From the NCBI GenBank assembly GCA_038087875.1, contig JAXLNO010000106.1:64001-98191 (forward strand): DNA of 34,191 bases. The letters run 5' to 3'. The DNA comes from Malacoraja senta (lineage: Eukaryota). The position numbers were made by a program, and so were the translations under genes. The notes under the pieces are model-generated. The model was not told the DNA's origin. It did not search any database and saw only the letters and a list, made by a program, of their open reading frames with translations. This document shows positions 31,877-34,191 of the stretch, one piece after another; position 1 is the stretch's first letter, and each line of letters begins with the position of its first letter.

Positions 31877-32603
31877 AAACCCACACGCGAAAACTCCGCG
31901 ATTTTTTCCATTTCGCTAGCGATTTCGCTTCTACATTCGCAAGTCCACCCCTCATTAAATTTAGACATTTTTATGTACACATTTTTTAAATAAAATCCTT
32001 CCCCCCCCCCCCCCACTCCCACTCATTTTAAAATCTAAACGGGACTCACGAGCTGCTGACGTCACAATCCCACATGCCGGACGAATCCAAGCGGCTTCTC
32101 TCTCTCTCTTCATTTGTCAGCCCGGCTCTCCTCCCCCTCCCCCTCCCCCTCCAACTACGCTCGCGCCGCGCCACCCGCAGCTCGACTCACCCGCCCACCC
32201 GCTCCAACCCCACCCCCCCCCCTCCCCGTTCTCAAAATGCTCTGCCGATCGGGCGAAGAGATAAGGCGTAAGTTCCGCTGAACTCACAGCTGGCGCAGCT
32301 CGCGAAGCCCCGCGCGCCCCTCCCATCCCCTGCGCGCTCCAGAGAGTCAGAAGCCCACAGCTCCACTCCCAGGCCCGCCCGCTCACTCCAACTCCCCACC
32401 CCTCTCCCCGTTTTCAAAATGCTCTGCAGATCGGGAGAAGAGATAAATCTTTGGCTTTCTGACTCCTCCCTGTTCTGTGTTCCTCTCTCTGAACGAGCAA
32501 GATCCTGGGGAGGTGAAGAGGGGGAGTGGGGGAGGTGAGGAGGGAGAGTATGGGAATAGAGGGAGAGGAGTAGGGTGATAGGGAGTGGGGAATACATGGA
32601 CTG

Positions 32604-33853
32604 ACCCCACCCCTCTCCCTCCCCCTCCCTCCCCACTCTTCCCCCTCTCTCCCAGTACCCCTCTCACCCTCCCTTCCCTCTCTCTCCTACCCCATCTCCT
32701 CCTCCCTCCCCACTCTTCCCCTCTCTCCCCGTATCCCTCTCCCCCTCCCTCCACACTCTTCCCCCTCTCTCTCCTACCCCATCTCCCTCCTGTCCTCCCT
32801 CCACCACTCCCCTACCCCCTTCCCTCTAACCCATCCCCTCCACACCCTCCCTCCCCCCACCTCACCCCCTCCATTCCTCCCTTCCCCCTCCCCCTTCCCT
32901 TCCCCCCTCAGCCCCCTCTCTCTCCCTCTCTCCACCCTCTCTCTCCTCCTCCCCTCCTGACCCCCTCTCCCTTCTGTCTCTTGCCCTTCTGTCTCTGCCC
33001 ATTGCTCTTTGTCTCTCCCCATTCTCTCTCTGCTCTCACTCTCTCCTCCCTCTCTCTCCCCTCTCACCTCTCTCCCCCTCTCTCTCTCCCCCTCTCTCTC
33101 TCTCCCCCTCTCTCTCTCTCTCCCTCCTCTCTCCCCCCTCTCTCTCTCTCCCCCTCTCTCTCCACCCTCTCTCTCTCTCCGTCCCCCCTCTCTCTCCCTC
33201 CCCCTCTCTCTCTCTCCCTCCCCCTCTCTCTCTCCCCTCCCCTCCCCCTCCCCCCCTCTCTCTCTCCCTCCCCTCTCTCTCCCCCTCTCTCTCCCCCCTC
33301 TCTCTCTCCCTCTTCCTCCCTCACCCCCCGCTCTCTCTCTCCCCCCGCTCTCTCTCTCCCCCTCTCTTCTCTCTCTCTCTCCCCCTCCCTCTCTCTCTCC
33401 CCCCCTCTCTCTCTCCCCATTCCTCTCCCCTACCCCCCTGCCCTCCCCTAAATCCCCTCCCCTCCACACGCTCCCCTCCACCCGTCCCCTACCCCCTCCC
33501 TCCACCCCTCCCCCTCCCCCTCCCTCCCCCCCACCTCTCCCCGTCCCTACCCCCACCTCTCCCCTCCATTCCCCCCACCTCTCCCCCTCCCTTCCCCCCA
33601 CCTCTCCCCCTCCCTAACCCCCACCTCTCCCCCTCCCTTCTCACCCCATCTCCCCCCTTCCCCCCCTCTCAGCCCCCCTCTCTCCCTCCCACTCCTCCCC
33701 TCTCTCTCCTCCCATCTCTCTCTCCCCCACCCCCCGCCCTCCCTCTCCTCCACCCCCCCCTCTCCCCCTGTCTCTTGCTCTTCTGTCTCTGCATCTCACA
33801 CTGTCTCTCCCCATTCTCTCTCTGCCCTCACTCTGTATCCCCCTCTCCCTCTC
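32604..33853. repeat. C/T-rich low-complexity tract with (CT)n/Cn core
   Basis: Nearly pure pyrimidine from ~33040 to 33420. Confidence 0.95.
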
Positions 33854-34191
33854 TAGACGCGCCTGCGAGTTGGGGGCGATGCGTCAGTGGCTAGGGCGGT
33901 TATGGGGGTAAAAGAATCTAATTAATAATATTAATATAATATCAAGGGGGTAGTTAGTGTGGGGGAGGTTAGTGTGTGTGACGCTGCATGTGTGTGTCTG
34001 CCTGTGTGTGTGTGTGTGTGTCTGCCTGTCTTGTGGGTGCCAGCCTTTGATTCGTCGCTACGCCAACACCACGCAGAAACGCCAAAATGTTTTCCATTTC
34101 GGTAGAGATTTCACTTTTCATTCCAAGTAGCCACTCCTGATTAAATTTTGTCGTGTTTATGCACACATTTTTAAATAAAATCCATCTCTCC

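Larger units (their letters stand above)
29846..34191. repeat. Composite ~2 kb macro-repeat: recurring ~150-bp core plus long polypyrimidine tracts (possibly a non-autonomous Helitron-like element)
   Basis: Core acgc.gaaac..cg..attttttccatttcg...gatttc.ctt...attaaattt...tttatg.acacatttt.aaataaaat at ~29925-30045, ~31883-32000 and ~34065-34185; second shared block at ~30256-30325 and ~32551-32620. Confidence 0.75.

Noticed and set aside
30017..33753. Long Pro/Ser/Leu-rich and Gly/Glu/Arg-rich ORFs (up to 610 aa)
   Set aside because: Open in most frames on both strands because C/T-only DNA lacks stop codons; low-complexity artefact.

Overview
Eukaryotic, repeat-saturated genomic DNA, inferred from the repeat spectrum (HE1/V-SINE-like SINEs, abundant CR1/HER1-type LINEs) to come from a cartilaginous fish such as a skate or ray. 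Most of the window is mobile-element DNA: many CR1 LINEs, L2, an L1-clade and a Tx1-like 3' end, Rex1/Babar-like fragments, a Vingi-like LINE, tRNA-derived SINEs, a PIF/Harbinger-type MITE, a probable solo LTR, short Penelope-type repeats carrying a minimal hammerhead-ribozyme motif, and a terminal C/T-rich ~2 kb macro-repeat. All long ORFs are LINE-derived (several are chimeras across nested insertion junctions) or low-complexity artefacts. Small minus-strand exons of an unidentified membrane-protein gene lie between the repeats: an intact 90-nt transmembrane exon (5149-5060), an 11-nt micro-exon (4776-4766), and a second, similar 96-nt transmembrane exon split by a ~4 kb L2 insertion that itself contains a CR1 (13134-13048 plus 9087-9079). 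The 18.7-29.6 kb region is a deep stack of nested insertions, many with recoverable target-site duplications. Family names come from motif recognition, not database searches.
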